A DNA stretch of 64,000 bases from Takakia lepidozioides (Eukaryota; Plantae; Bryophyta): contig CM060731.1 of the NCBI GenBank assembly GCA_030704615.1, forward strand, positions 53,940,001 through 54,004,000, in the 5' to 3' direction. The position numbers and the translations under genes were made by a program. Positions 26,040 to 37,669 of this stretch are shown piece after piece (position 1 is the stretch's first letter; the number at the start of each line of letters is the position of its first letter). The notes under the pieces were generated by a model. That model did not search any database. It was not told the DNA's origin and worked only from the letters and a program-made list of their open reading frames with translations.

Positions 26040-26650
26040 AGTGGAAACGGACACCGTGTAGAAATGAGCACCTTATAGAGACAAGCCCCGTGAAACGAGC
26101 AGTGCAGAGAAGAGCACCGTGTAGGAATGAGCACAATATAGAAACAAGGATTGTGTAGAAACCATCACTGTAGAGAAACGAGCATCGTTGAAACAAGCAC
26201 CGCATAGAAACGAGCATTGTTTTAAACGAGCACCGTGTAGAAACCAGCACAGTGTAGAAACGAACGAGAAACGAGCACCGTGTACAAATCAATGAGAAAT
26301 GAATACCGTGTGTAGAAACGAGCACAATATGTAAACGAGCAGTGTAGAAACGAGCATCGTGTAGAAATGAATGAGAAATGAATATCGTGTAGAACCGAGC
26401 ACCATGTAGAAACGAGCACCGTATATAAACAAGTAGTGTAAACAAGCACCGTGTAGAAACGAGCACAGTGTAGAAAAGAACGAGGAACGACCACCGTGTA
26501 GAAACGAACTAGAAATGAGCACATGTAGAAACTAGCACAATATGAAAACGAGCACGTGTAGAAACGAGCACCCTATAGAAAAACGAGCAGTGTAGAACGA
26601 GCACCATGTAGAAACGAGCACTGTGTAAAAACAAGCACCGTGGAGAAATC
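26040..26650 (+). repeat. GTAGAAACGAGCAC minisatellite array (copy 2)
   Basis: More than 30 degenerate copies of the unit. Confidence 0.92.
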
Positions 26651-27574
26651 CCAGGTTACATAGCATGTTGGAAAGAGACAGCAGAAGTTGAAGGAACGCA
26701 ATGAGAAATCACGGATTTCAGCAGGGATATATCATCCACAGGAAGGTAATGGATGAACAGGGACGAGAGAAATCTCATAGGAGCATGGGACCTGATATTC
26801 CTATGACGTCCCATGAGGGAATCAGCATGAGCCCTCACAAGCACTTGATATTCCTATGACGTCCTCTATGGAAAATCTAGTCCGGATCTTCGGACACACA
26901 CACACTTGCCTATAACATGTCGATAGTGTTGGTTCAACTGACCAGTCAGTTATGTATTTTGTTTTATCACTGGCATAAATTGCTTCAAATTCTGATCACT
27001 TTAGGAACACCTAAAAGAAACACAAAATGAGGTAGTCATTGTTTGAGCTGACAGAAAATTAGAGTTGACCTACTTCTCATTCACTACCTCTCTGGTACTG
27101 GCAGATGTCTGAAGCTACTTCAACAAGAGGGGTCGAAAACGGAACCTTCGGCGCCCTCCGGAGATATAAGCACAAGCCATGAAGATACTCTCTCCTCTGA
27201 GCTTTGGACATTTTCTGCAGCCATGACACTCAAGACATCACTCGTTGGGAATCCAGACGGTACTCTACGATGACGGATTTCTTTGTAAGCAAGCCACAGT
27301 TTCTGCTAAGTAGTCGGTCTTGTAGTCCCCTGATCTATTTGGGTCATGCAAACAGATGTTTGGGCAGATGTATGTTAATTAGGGGCCCGGGACAATTCTC
27401 TCTCTGTGCATAACCCAGGTGGATAGTAAATAGAGTCTCTGGATCAAGATCGTTGCACCTCCCTATCTCCGTGGGCAGCCTGACCAGTAATCTCCAACTC
27501 GTTCCTTTGTTCTCCAGTTTCATGACGTTTGTTTGCCGACTTCTCTCATATTGTTGGCGCTCGCCGTGTGCTTG

Positions 27575-27805
27575 GTCGGGACGGCGTTTGTGTTGGGGAC
27601 AATGTCGTGTGTGCAATGCAGGGATGGGACGGTGAGTGTGTCGGGGACAACGCCGTGTATGCTGGGACGGGACGGCGAGTGTATCAGGGACAACGCCGTG
27701 TGTGCAATGCAGGGACGGGACGACGTGTGTGTCGGGGACAATGTCGTGTGTGTGTTGGGGACGACGCCGTGTGTGCAATGCAGGGACGGGACGGCGAGTG
27801 TGTTG
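27575..27805 (+). repeat. GC-rich degenerate tandem repeat (GTGTGTGCAATGCAGGGACGGGAC.GCG.GTGTGTCGGGGACAA.G.C)
   Basis: 4-5 imperfect copies directly upstream of a PPR relic. Confidence 0.8.
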
Positions 27806-27811
27806 TTGGTA

Positions 27812-28460
27812 TGGCGTATGGCTGACCGAGGTGTGGTGTCCTGGATTGCGATGGTTGCAGGATACGGCCGGTATGGGTTTGGGGATGCCAGCTTTGGAGA
27901 CTTTTGAGCAAGGGACTCGGACGAGAGGTAGAGCCGGACAGATCACCCAGATCACGTTCGTGTGCGCTTGGCAGACCTGGGACAGGGCAAGTGATCCATG
28001 CTGACATCCGTAAAGCTGGGATTGTGCCAAATATATCATCTTGTCTACCCTTATGAACATGTACGGCAAATGTGGTAGCATTAGTTAAAGATGCAAAGGA
28101 GTGTTTGACCAAATGACTGATCGAAATATAAGTAGTGTCGTGGAATGCGACGATTGCTGAATGCAAGCTTTGGAGACATATGAACAAATGGGGCAGGAAT
28201 TAGTGAAGCCGGACCAAGTCACGTTTGTTTACATTTGCAATGCGTGTGCAAGCCTGGCAACCCTGGAAAGGGCAAGGAGGCCCATGCTGACATCATGAAA
28301 GCTGGAATTGTGCCAAATATATTGGAGAATACATCGAGGATGCAACGGAAGTGTTTGACAATATGGCTGAACCAATTCATGGAGTGCGATGATCGCAGGA
28401 TATGCTCAGAATGGGAGCGATATGAAGGCTTTCGAGATGTACAAGCAAATGAAGCAGGAA
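27812..28460 (+). pseudogene. Highly degenerate PLS-class PPR relic
   Basis: MADRGVVSWIAMVAGY and GKGKEAHADIMKAGIVPNI fragments in shifting frames. Confidence 0.75.
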
Positions 28461-30074
28461 GGTGTGACATAAAGATATTCGAAAGTATGGAGCGACCAGC
28501 TGTGTGCGAACCTGACGGGATTTCAGCTTTGTCCGAGGAGATGTCACCTGCAGCCTTTCTCTATCGTATTCGTTGTGTGTAACCTCCTATGGAATCACAA
28601 CCTAGTGGCAAAGCCGACATTGTAAAGGAGTTGCAGGGTAGATATCCTCATCTTTATGCACATTAGACATACCTTGGTTTCCTCAATGTGGTTAGTATGT
28701 ATGCAGCTTGGTTGCATTGATTCACCAATGCATTGTGAGATAGAAAGGTGAGGAGATAAGCAGGTTGAAATTTAGGAATGTCAAACTCAAGAGGGGGAAA
28801 GTATATTAAAAAGTATATTGAATGCTTGGGATGGGGAGGTATTCCCTCTACAGTGGTTTAAGATGCTGCATAGGAAGAGTTGCAAATAGAACAATAGGCA
28901 TGAGAATATTATGCATCATGTTGCAAGTATTGTTGCATTGAAGTAATACAAAAAGATGAGATGTACTCAGTGCTTGGTTAGATGTTTACTTGTGTTTGTC
29001 GGTTGGTCGTGGGTCCGTTGGACACATCGATATATAAATACCAAGCAAGTCCAAACCTACCCTAGTTTTGACTAGGCTCTTCATAGTTTGCTGTCTTTCT
29101 TTCTCTCCTCCCAAAGATGATGTTAGGGCTTCCATTCAATGTGAACAAGTGTGCCATCTCGTCCTCCACTCACCAGACACTTAATTATGCAGGGCACAAG
29201 AGATCATCTGCATGATTCAGCTAAGAGAGGTGCCATGCTGCAAGCTCACTACTAGTCCACTGTATCCAATACCTCGATGCTGGTGTGTTTCTATTCCCAC
29301 CTCTGCCACTAGGTTTTTTAACTGAATCTGGTAGTCCATGCATGTGCATACATCTTTTTTAAATGGGAAAAAGATCCGTCCAGGGCTAATTATTATACGT
29401 TTACATCAAATTGTCATAAAATGGGTGCACACCAATTTTTGTCATGGTCCATGTTGTCAAATTTCGAGAAGCCTCATCATAGCCATATGGGAAGTGGAGC
29501 TCCAGAGCTTATTATCTACTAGTCACTTGTTAAATGCATCTAACCCCCAACACAATCTTTGGGACTGGAAACCTTGCCCAGATCAAGGATATTGTAGAGG
29601 AGATGAAAAACAGGAGTGGAGCAGTGGCAAATATGATCAGAAACCATGTTCACTTGCTCTACAATATGATAATGATGGCAAAAAGCCCGCTGGCAGCTGC
29701 CATCGGCATGCCAGTCAACCCATGGCTGCAGAGAGCCACGACCTCTTCAACACTTGCACACTTGCGAGTCTGTGTGAAATGTTTGTCTTGAACAAGTCTC
29801 CCAGATTTCACACCCACTAGTCCTAAGGAAACAAAGAGTACTCAAACAGACTTTACAACAATTGGTTCCTAGATTGACTGGACTTACTGAGGTAATTGGC
29901 TAGACTAGTGACTTCATGTTCAAACATTGTTACTGTACATTCATGAGCAACCTCATAATATTCTTTACTGCTACAAGCCCTCTCATATTCTTAAACATTC
30001 TAAACTAGATCCCGAAGCTCATGTTTTAGCTGCTGCTCAACTCTCTCCGGGTCAGGTAGTGACAGACTATTGGG

Positions 30075-30778
30075 GGTATGGGAGACATGGGCGGGACGGG
30101 GGGGGGGAAGAATACCCGAGTTCCGTTAGGTGATGGCATGTTTGGCAGCGGAACAGAGAACGTTTTTCGGACGTCGGGCAGATCAGATAATGCCTTCAGA
30201 TCATTTGGTGAAGGGGGCCCGTTCATGCCTCGCAAAGCAGCCCCTGTGGAAAACAAGCTGCAATGCAGTCTAGAGGAGCTCTATAAGGGCTCAACCAGGA
30301 AGATGAAAATCTCCATAAGTATCGCTGATGCAAGTGGTAAGACACTCCCCGTTGAGGAGATTTTGACAATTGAGGTGAAGCCTGGCTGGAAGAAGGGGAC
30401 TAAGATCACGTTCCCAGAAAAAGGGAAAGAGCAGCCCAACATGGTGGCTGCAGACCTAGTCTTTGTCATTGATGAGAGGCAACACGAAGTGTACAAGCGC
30501 CACGGTAATGACTGAATTGTGGTACAGAAGGTCTCCCTTGTTGAGACGCTCACAGGTTGTAAGGTCTCGTTGATGGGAGGACATTGGGAGATAGGCAGGA
30601 GGACATGGATAGATGGGAGGACATTGAACCTATCTTTCTTAGATGTCATCAGTCCTGGATATGTAAGAGGTTGTACCTAAGGAGGGGATGCCGGTTGCGA
30701 AAGAGCCGAGCAGAAAAGGCAATTTGAGGATAAAATTTGAGATTGAATTCCCGACCAGGCTGACTGCAGACTAGAAAT
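30075..30778 (+). pseudogene. Type II DnaJ/Hsp40 (DNAJB/Sis1-like) pseudogene: G/F region and C-terminal domain, no J-domain
   Basis: RKAAPVENKLQCSLEELYKGSTRKMKIS..EEILTIEVKPGWKKGTKITFPEKG..ADLVFVIDE, then a stop at 30513-30515, indels, and [17 protein letters not shown]. No introns. Confidence 0.88.
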
Positions 30779-31849
30779 AAAACTGCCCATGACCTACAAG
30801 ATATCAGTATTCTTCTCTAGAGATTCATAGGCTTCCAACTGGACCACCTGACATGAACTCAATACAATCCACTAAAACATTGCAGTCTAGGACAATTATG
30901 TGTGCACCCACACTGCTGGAACCACTAGAATTGCTGTTGCTTCAGACAACCATGAACCCAAATTGGGGCTTGGCATCTGGTCAAAAACCAGTGCTCAACC
31001 AAGACAACAAGTGGCTGTGATCTGATAACCTTCACTTGAGAACGAAAAAGATCCTCACAGGCCTTGTCAACTTCAGTGACGAGATCAAAGCGGGATTCTT
31101 TAGTGTCCACCTGTCAGACAGCGAGAAGGCCCCCCATATACACATCACTTCCTGCCAGGCCTGCACCACCACGTTGGTCATCAAGGACCCAAATGGACTT
31201 CCTCCGCCTCATCTCCCTCTCTTACTCCATTTGCTAGATGTTTTCTTTTGAGAATTGGTGTTGCAGATTGGTGTTGATTGAGGACACTTCTCTTTAGAGA
31301 GAGAGAGACAAGTCTTTGATCCATGATTGCTTTGTTTGAGGGAAATCCAGGGTGTTGTCTTAATTGTCCACTTGTTCATTCTCCTAGAGCATGTCCTGGA
31401 TCCCAGGTTAGAATTAGGACTCTGAGCTAAACTTATGAGAATGTGCATATATTACGGATTCGGCAGTGACTACTGAGGTAATCTAGGTCAAGAGATTTTC
31501 GGCATTGATCCAATATCAGAATCGCGCAATTTCAAATGAAAAAGTGTAATTGACAAGATTCTCTGAAGTATTGACCTGTAAGGCTCGGCCAGACTTGCAC
31601 CGTATCAACGTGCCCGCCTGAAATTGTGACACTTCCCACATCTCAGTCAATTCGTGTCTCCGAACAGTTGAATTATACTGCTGGTTAAGAGCAACTTGTC
31701 TACGGCTCTCTCATCCTTTTGACAAGTCAAATACGCGCCTGAACTTGAGCTTCTTACAATCATCCATTTCAAAACCCATGCTTAACTGAATCTTTTGAAG
31801 AAAGAAAAGACCAACTAAGCTGACTAACGCCCCACGTAGATGCAGATAG

Positions 31850-32610
31850 CTACTGCCCATAGTTCTCATCAACAATTTTCCACTCTTCATGATTCTGCAC
31901 TTCAAGATCAGAATGAATCGTTGGAATGCACCTCAGAAGAATTCCATTACAATGCAGTTCCGATGTTCTCTGACTATGCAGGTCCATAACATCTTGGGAC
32001 GCTTTCAAAGCCGTCAAATTTCGGCATTTCAATTCTATCTGGTTCGCAATTACTGTAGTTGGTCTCTTGAGCACTTGAGCAGGTAGCCCAGTGGTTGGGT
32101 GTTTGTGCCATGCCTGTGCATAACCTAGGTGATCCTGGGTTCAATCCTTCAACATGTGCCTTCAGACCGTCCATTGGGCCCTCGATGGCCTGTGTGTTGA
32201 GCAGTAGGCTCTGTAAATTCACTGGACGTTAAAGAATCTTTATCTTTATCTTTATCTCTCGCTAGTAATTTACCTGCTAGAAAAACAGTCCACCCTAGAC
32301 AACGTAAGTTATACATCCCCACACCATCAGCTCCTCGAGACGTAAAACTGAGCAACAGACAAGAAAGTAATGAGGACAAAACTCTGTGCAGAAGGACCTG
32401 CTTGGCGAGATCCAACGCCAACTCCTGCACAGCATCTACCTCATTCTTCTGCTCCGAATTCAGACACCGCACGAAGCACACGCTGTTAGAAACATTGGCC
32501 GGAAATCCAGGGCTCCACAGTGCACCACGCTTGACCAAAGCGCAACTTACCCGGAGTCCGAAGGCCACGGAACCAGGCAGCTGAGCACAAACCGTCGTCG
32601 CTATAGCCAT
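31850..32610 (-). CDS. Candidate small gene with transit-peptide-like N-terminus; exons ~32610-32398 and ~31894-31850
   Basis: MAIATTVCAQLPGSVAFGLRVSCAL..VRCLNSEQKNEVDAVQELALDLAKQ|GT. A TGCAG acceptor gives NHEEWKIVDENYGQ*. A pyrimidine-rich 5' UTR-like tract lies upstream. Confidence 0.35.
32078..32258 (+). mobile_element. tRNA-derived SINE
   Basis: Pol III A-box (TAGCCCAGTGG, ~32084) and B-box (GGTTCAATCC, ~32138), a short body, and an (ATCTTT)3 tail. Confidence 0.65.
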
Positions 32611-34429
32611 TCACGAAAACAGCAAAGAAGAAGAAGAGGAAGAGGAAGCCATTAAAGCTGACGGTCCATCACGTTACAATCCCCGTCAAGATCATGGAGA
32701 CGACACACAGCCAAACTGCCGAAACCAGCATTTTAAATCACAGTATCAACATCTTGTAGTGCATTTCTGTTTGTTTATTGGATCCTGTGATCAGTTGATT
32801 CGTTCATTTGTAACATGCCCTGATGTTCATTTCATCGATGCTGTTGGTCTGATCACTTGTAATCATCTTTTTCTCCTTTGACCAGAATAGGGTGATGCAA
32901 GATTGATCGAAGAATGAGGAGATGATCAGTGTCTGCAACTCTAGTGGTTTGAGTTGCAGATATGAGACTTATTTGAAGTGGGCAGATTGGATCCTCGCTT
33001 TGATGCACCTACGTCCTCCATTTTGGTTGCATGGCCAGCTCTGAATTGCCAGATGACCTTTGGATGTTGCCAAAAGTGACAAAGCCACAAGTGGTCCAGA
33101 ATCAACAGCATCGATCTCTTCTTTGCATTGGGTTTAGTCTACTGCACGACACAACCAGCTTATACATTGTGTTATCCAGATGTGTACCTAGCAATTTTTG
33201 CCTGCACCCTTCTATGGAACAGAGAGCCAAGCATTTTGATGGGGACAATGAGTCCTCCGTGTGCATCCCACTCTCTGACTAGCATTGGTAAGAACACACT
33301 ACAAGAAAGCTTTGAATAGAATACAATGTAAAAATTACATGTTCATCCGAGATCACTCAAACCGCCACTCCTGCTTAACATATCTTAAGCAACCCATGGA
33401 AAATTATGATGGCCTGTTCTTGAGCAGGCTCTGTAATCCATAGAAGCCAGCAGCCAGCAGCCATATGTATGTAGAAATCCATACATACAATGAGATTAAC
33501 TTATGACTCCATTGCCGTTGGTAAGTCCAACTAGCTTTTCCAGTCAATACACTTCCCTGCAAATAGAAACACTACAACTGAAATTCAGACCAAGTGAGAA
33601 AAGATTAGAACCACTGCATTTGCATTCCAATACATTGATGGCTGGTAGTATATTTTATGCATAGAATTTCGCAGTCCTAGTTGGAAAAAGAAATGTTAGC
33701 AGCTGGAGCCAGTGTAGTTTTTAGTGGAGTCATATTGCTGGACCACTCACAGTCAATTCTTACCATGGAGACTCACAAGCCTGAGTACACAAGAAAATGT
33801 AGGTATACAGTGACCGATGACCAGAAAACTCCAACAGGCGTTAGTGCATTTAAACCCGGGATCACTAACTAGTCGGCCAGTATTCATAATGAAAACCTAC
33901 TTTTGATGACTTGCATAAGCCAGGTATGAAGTCACTTCTTTCGCGACTTTTCATGAACGATTCGGCTTCTACACTACGCCACATCTAGGTCTACAGCTGC
34001 TCGTTCATTGCCTGAATCAAACCGAACGTCCCAGTTAGACATACAATCTGGAAAGTTAAATGGAACATTGCTAAAGCCTGATTTGCTCACAAACCATCCT
34101 GCTTGATCGAGCCCCTTACAGCATAATAAAAAGGTTCAACCATCGGTGAAGCAAGGCTAAGGAGAGTGAAAATTTACAGAGGCGAAGAAATCTGGTCAAT
34201 CATATGGCGGAAATCGACTTCAACATGGAAACCTCGGCTGCTTTTCTTGCACAGGACTTTGAAGTTGTCAAGACAAAAACCTTCTTATTACAACACTTCC
34301 AGCGAAACACTGATTTGAAAAGACAACACAAGATCGTAGCTTATTCACATCTTCTCAGAACCCTAACTTTCTATATATCTTCGTGGGAATAAATCCCTCA
34401 GACCAAGCGACCGACTCACATGGAGCAAA

Positions 34430-34651
34430 TTAATTGTAGTAAAGCTCGAGGCCCATGCCGTCATGGATTTCGTAGTCGCCCAGCGTGATGTGGTCCTTGT
34501 AAATGGTGTACCATTTCTGAATGCGAATTTTCTCGGGCCGCGTGCCGGTCTGCGCCGCCACCAGCTTCTTGAGATCCCCAATGGTGTCGTCCTCGTTGCA
34601 TTTCACACGCACCTTCTTGCCCAGCCTGTCGTTCAGCACCACCTCGATCAT
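34430..34651 (-). CDS. UBL5: Ubiquitin-like protein 5 (HUB1), 73 aa, intronless
   Basis: [73 protein letters not shown], with the diagnostic C-terminal di-tyrosine. Confidence 0.97.
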   Translation of the reverse strand: MIEVVLNDRLGKKVRVKCNEDDTIGDLKKLVAAQTGTRPEKIRIQKWYTIYKDHITLGDYEIHDGMGLELYYN

Positions 34652-36002
34652 GCTTCCTGCCTGCACCGTCTCCCCACTCTACTCCCTGCGCTTCTTCTTC
34701 CTTCACTCCACCTCGCTATGCTGCCTTCTACATACCCAGATCCGAGACAGATGAAAGATAACCGATGACAATATGTATGGATATACGTATATAGGTAGCA
34801 TATACCAAGTTTCACCATAATTCATTTCGGATCTTTTCTTCTTCCCTTTTCTTCAGGAAGGAACAAGGAGGAATAGCCCCAGAATAGCCAGAGAGCATAG
34901 TTTTGGTAAGTTAGCCCCTTTTTTGTGAAGGAGACCATGTGTGGTTTGCAACTTCTTGCTTGTACAATTCATTATTGAATTGTAGAGAGTAGGGGCACTA
35001 GCAGCTTAGGCTTCTTGCTTTTTAGATACGCCGGCTCCTGTCGGAGAATTCTCTCTCTCTCTCTCTCTCTCTAGAGAGGAGTAAGAACAATGACTAGCAA
35101 CTTACATACTTCTCTTATCACAGAAGAGTGTGGCAGAGGAAGGCCACCTATCCCAAAAGGATCAATATCTTTCTTTAAAAATGAATCACATCTTTGCCAA
35201 GCAATTTGACCAAACCAAATGGAAGGCATTAACAGTTACATATGAATGGGTGAATCTCAAATCTAGTATCGGTATATACAATACACCTGGGTGCTACTCT
35301 ACAGGCAAGTGCACATTTTGGTTTTGGGTAAAATTTCAAGAGTAGGGGACAGACGCCCTTGCGGGGGTTCTCATGTCGACCCACACTCAACCACAGCCAG
35401 ATATCCATACATTCTTCTCTCTTGTGAGCAGGCTTAACATATCAAGTCGCCGATCTATCCTAGTCAACGGATGGAATGAGGCCCAGTGGAGGTCAGGTCA
35501 CACTGGCAGGGTGTGAAGGGAGGGGGAGGACTGGAAATGCAGTTAGGCCATAGCTACAAAGCAAGGGCAACCTGGTTACAAATTCTGTAGTCGAGGCACA
35601 AACAAGACTACCGGGGTTGAATCAGGTCAGTCTGAAGCTTGGCTCCCTGCTGAAAGTGGTGGAATCTTGTCATAGCACAACACAGAGGTCAGTCCCTCAG
35701 TCATTGATGTTGCATTGCCGAAGGTAAGGATGATTGAACTCATCCAAGTGAGGTCTCACATTCACCCTACTGAGTCTACATTATATACATTCCTCATAGA
35801 AGCGGGACCAGCCAACCACAGATACTACAAGACAGCTGCAGTGCTCGAATCAATAGGCTCCAAAGGTTTGTATCGCACAGAGAATATACTCGAGGACAAA
35901 TTGACCATGTTGACATAGACTGGCCACGGTATCTTTGTCCAGCAGGGACAACAATGAGTGCAGCTCTCTTTTTGGGCTGTGTCCAGGGTATCAAGTACTT
36001 AC

Positions 36003-37437
36003 ACAAGGGAGCATTCACATTGTCAATTGAAGCCACAAACCGCACATGTGGAGAGGCTGCCACATTAGCAAGTGTACACTGAATGTTTTGATCCCTAACA
36101 CCAGGTCCATCAATATTGTGTACTATGACATAAACATGTGCCGATTCTTCATCGCCTGTGAGAAACGCCAGGAGGTCCTCCAAGCTGTTAGAGCTTAGTG
36201 GGGGCAAGCTCCCACAAGCTCTGTTGGGCCTGGTGGATGCACTGCTCTTCTTTTTCCTTGATTCCCACAGAATACTTGCCACTGTGTACACTACCTGCTC
36301 CAGTACATTATAGCTGTCAGCTGGGATTCAGCAGTAATACAACCCCCAGGACTCATAGGAATGTTCTCAGGAACCTAGAATTCGATAAACACATCTCCAG
36401 ATAAAAGATGCGGAATTCTGCCAATGTTAAGTGGCAAAACTTCTAACAAACTACAATAAACTTACTCAGAAATTCAGATTACTCACATGTTTGATATTAA
36501 CTGCAGGGAGGTAGCCATTCACAACAACCGCTGCACCATCCACTAACGACGAATTTGCGAAGTCTTGTAAGAGTGATTTCTTTGATCCAAATCCATACAT
36601 CAAAAGCCCAATCCCACATCTGCACAGGTATTTTGTGCCCATAATAATTATGTCTTTACACTTTAGAGTATATAGCAGTGGTACCTTCAAGATACCCACT
36701 ATCTGACAGGGACTTCCATAACAACCATTAGTGGAGAGAGAGAGAATGTATTCATGAGACGCAGCTTTCCATAGCCTTGTGGCCATTGACCCCGGGCCCA
36801 CACAACATGGGGCTCACTCTGGTGGTCTGACTTACGATGATAAAGACAATTAGTTCAGGTTTTCCAGATATCCTCAAGAAAGCCCTTCACACAAGCATCA
36901 ACCTGTTGTGTGTGAGCTGCCCAGCAAACAGGGTCAGGGCTTTAGGCTCAGCCTCAAGATTCTCGAAGTTGGTGAGCAGAGGTGCGGGAACAATGTTCTT
37001 CATGTCCTGAAGAGGGTCACTGTGGTGAGAACCAGGAGAGACAGACAGAGAATTGTCCATTTCAGTAACATAATATACCTGGCTTTAGCCTTAAGACCAT
37101 GAAATAAAAAAGGTTTTACCACCCCTTGCTGAATCACCAAATTAAATGTAGTCAGCTGGCCATGGCTTGCTCCCAGCAAGCAGTGACATAGCTGCAAGAT
37201 CAGGCTTGAGTCAGCTGGAATTATGTACTATTATAGGAATTTGAGATAGAAAGATGGAGACTGGAGCCAAATGGAAGGGAGCCTCTTTCAATCTGTAGAC
37301 TGTCACTCCAATGTTTGGGGCAAAGCTTACCTCAGTTGAAAGTGCCATTTCTGATAGTAAGTGCGGTAACTCTCCATGAGAGCTACTTGCTCTCTTTCAT
37401 GCTTTGGGCTTAGCTTTTGTAGAGCTTTGCATAACTC
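36003..37437 (-). pseudogene. ORC2: Origin recognition complex subunit 2, three internal exons (37437-37331, 36619-36487, 36294-36003); flanking exons not found
   Basis: In-frame GT-AG joins give [70 protein letters not shown]. Confidence 0.8.
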
Positions 37438-37669
37438 CTGAAACAATCACAGTGCTAATAGCAATGAGATACTTTTCATGACAAACTTGCTATTTCACAT
37501 TCAGAAACTGCAATTGTAGAGGGACTCGTAACATTCTCAAGAAGCCCAACAAGAGAGAGAGAAAGACAACAGGACCTTCTATTAAGTCCAAACCAAGAGA
37601 TCTTAAAGGTCAAACTCATAATAGAAAACAACTCATCTGCGTCTGTCCAGTTGCACTGCTGTAGGGGTT

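Noticed and set aside
26011-26524. ORFs over the GTAGAAACGAGCAC array (also 23333-23763 and 44392-45266)
   Set aside because: Translations of minisatellites with no domain signal.
28480-29530. Possible decayed gypsy chromodomain, PPT and integrase remnants
   Set aside because: Only short hints (ELQGRYPHL, GAGGGGGAAA, MHGLPDS), too degenerate to call without a search.
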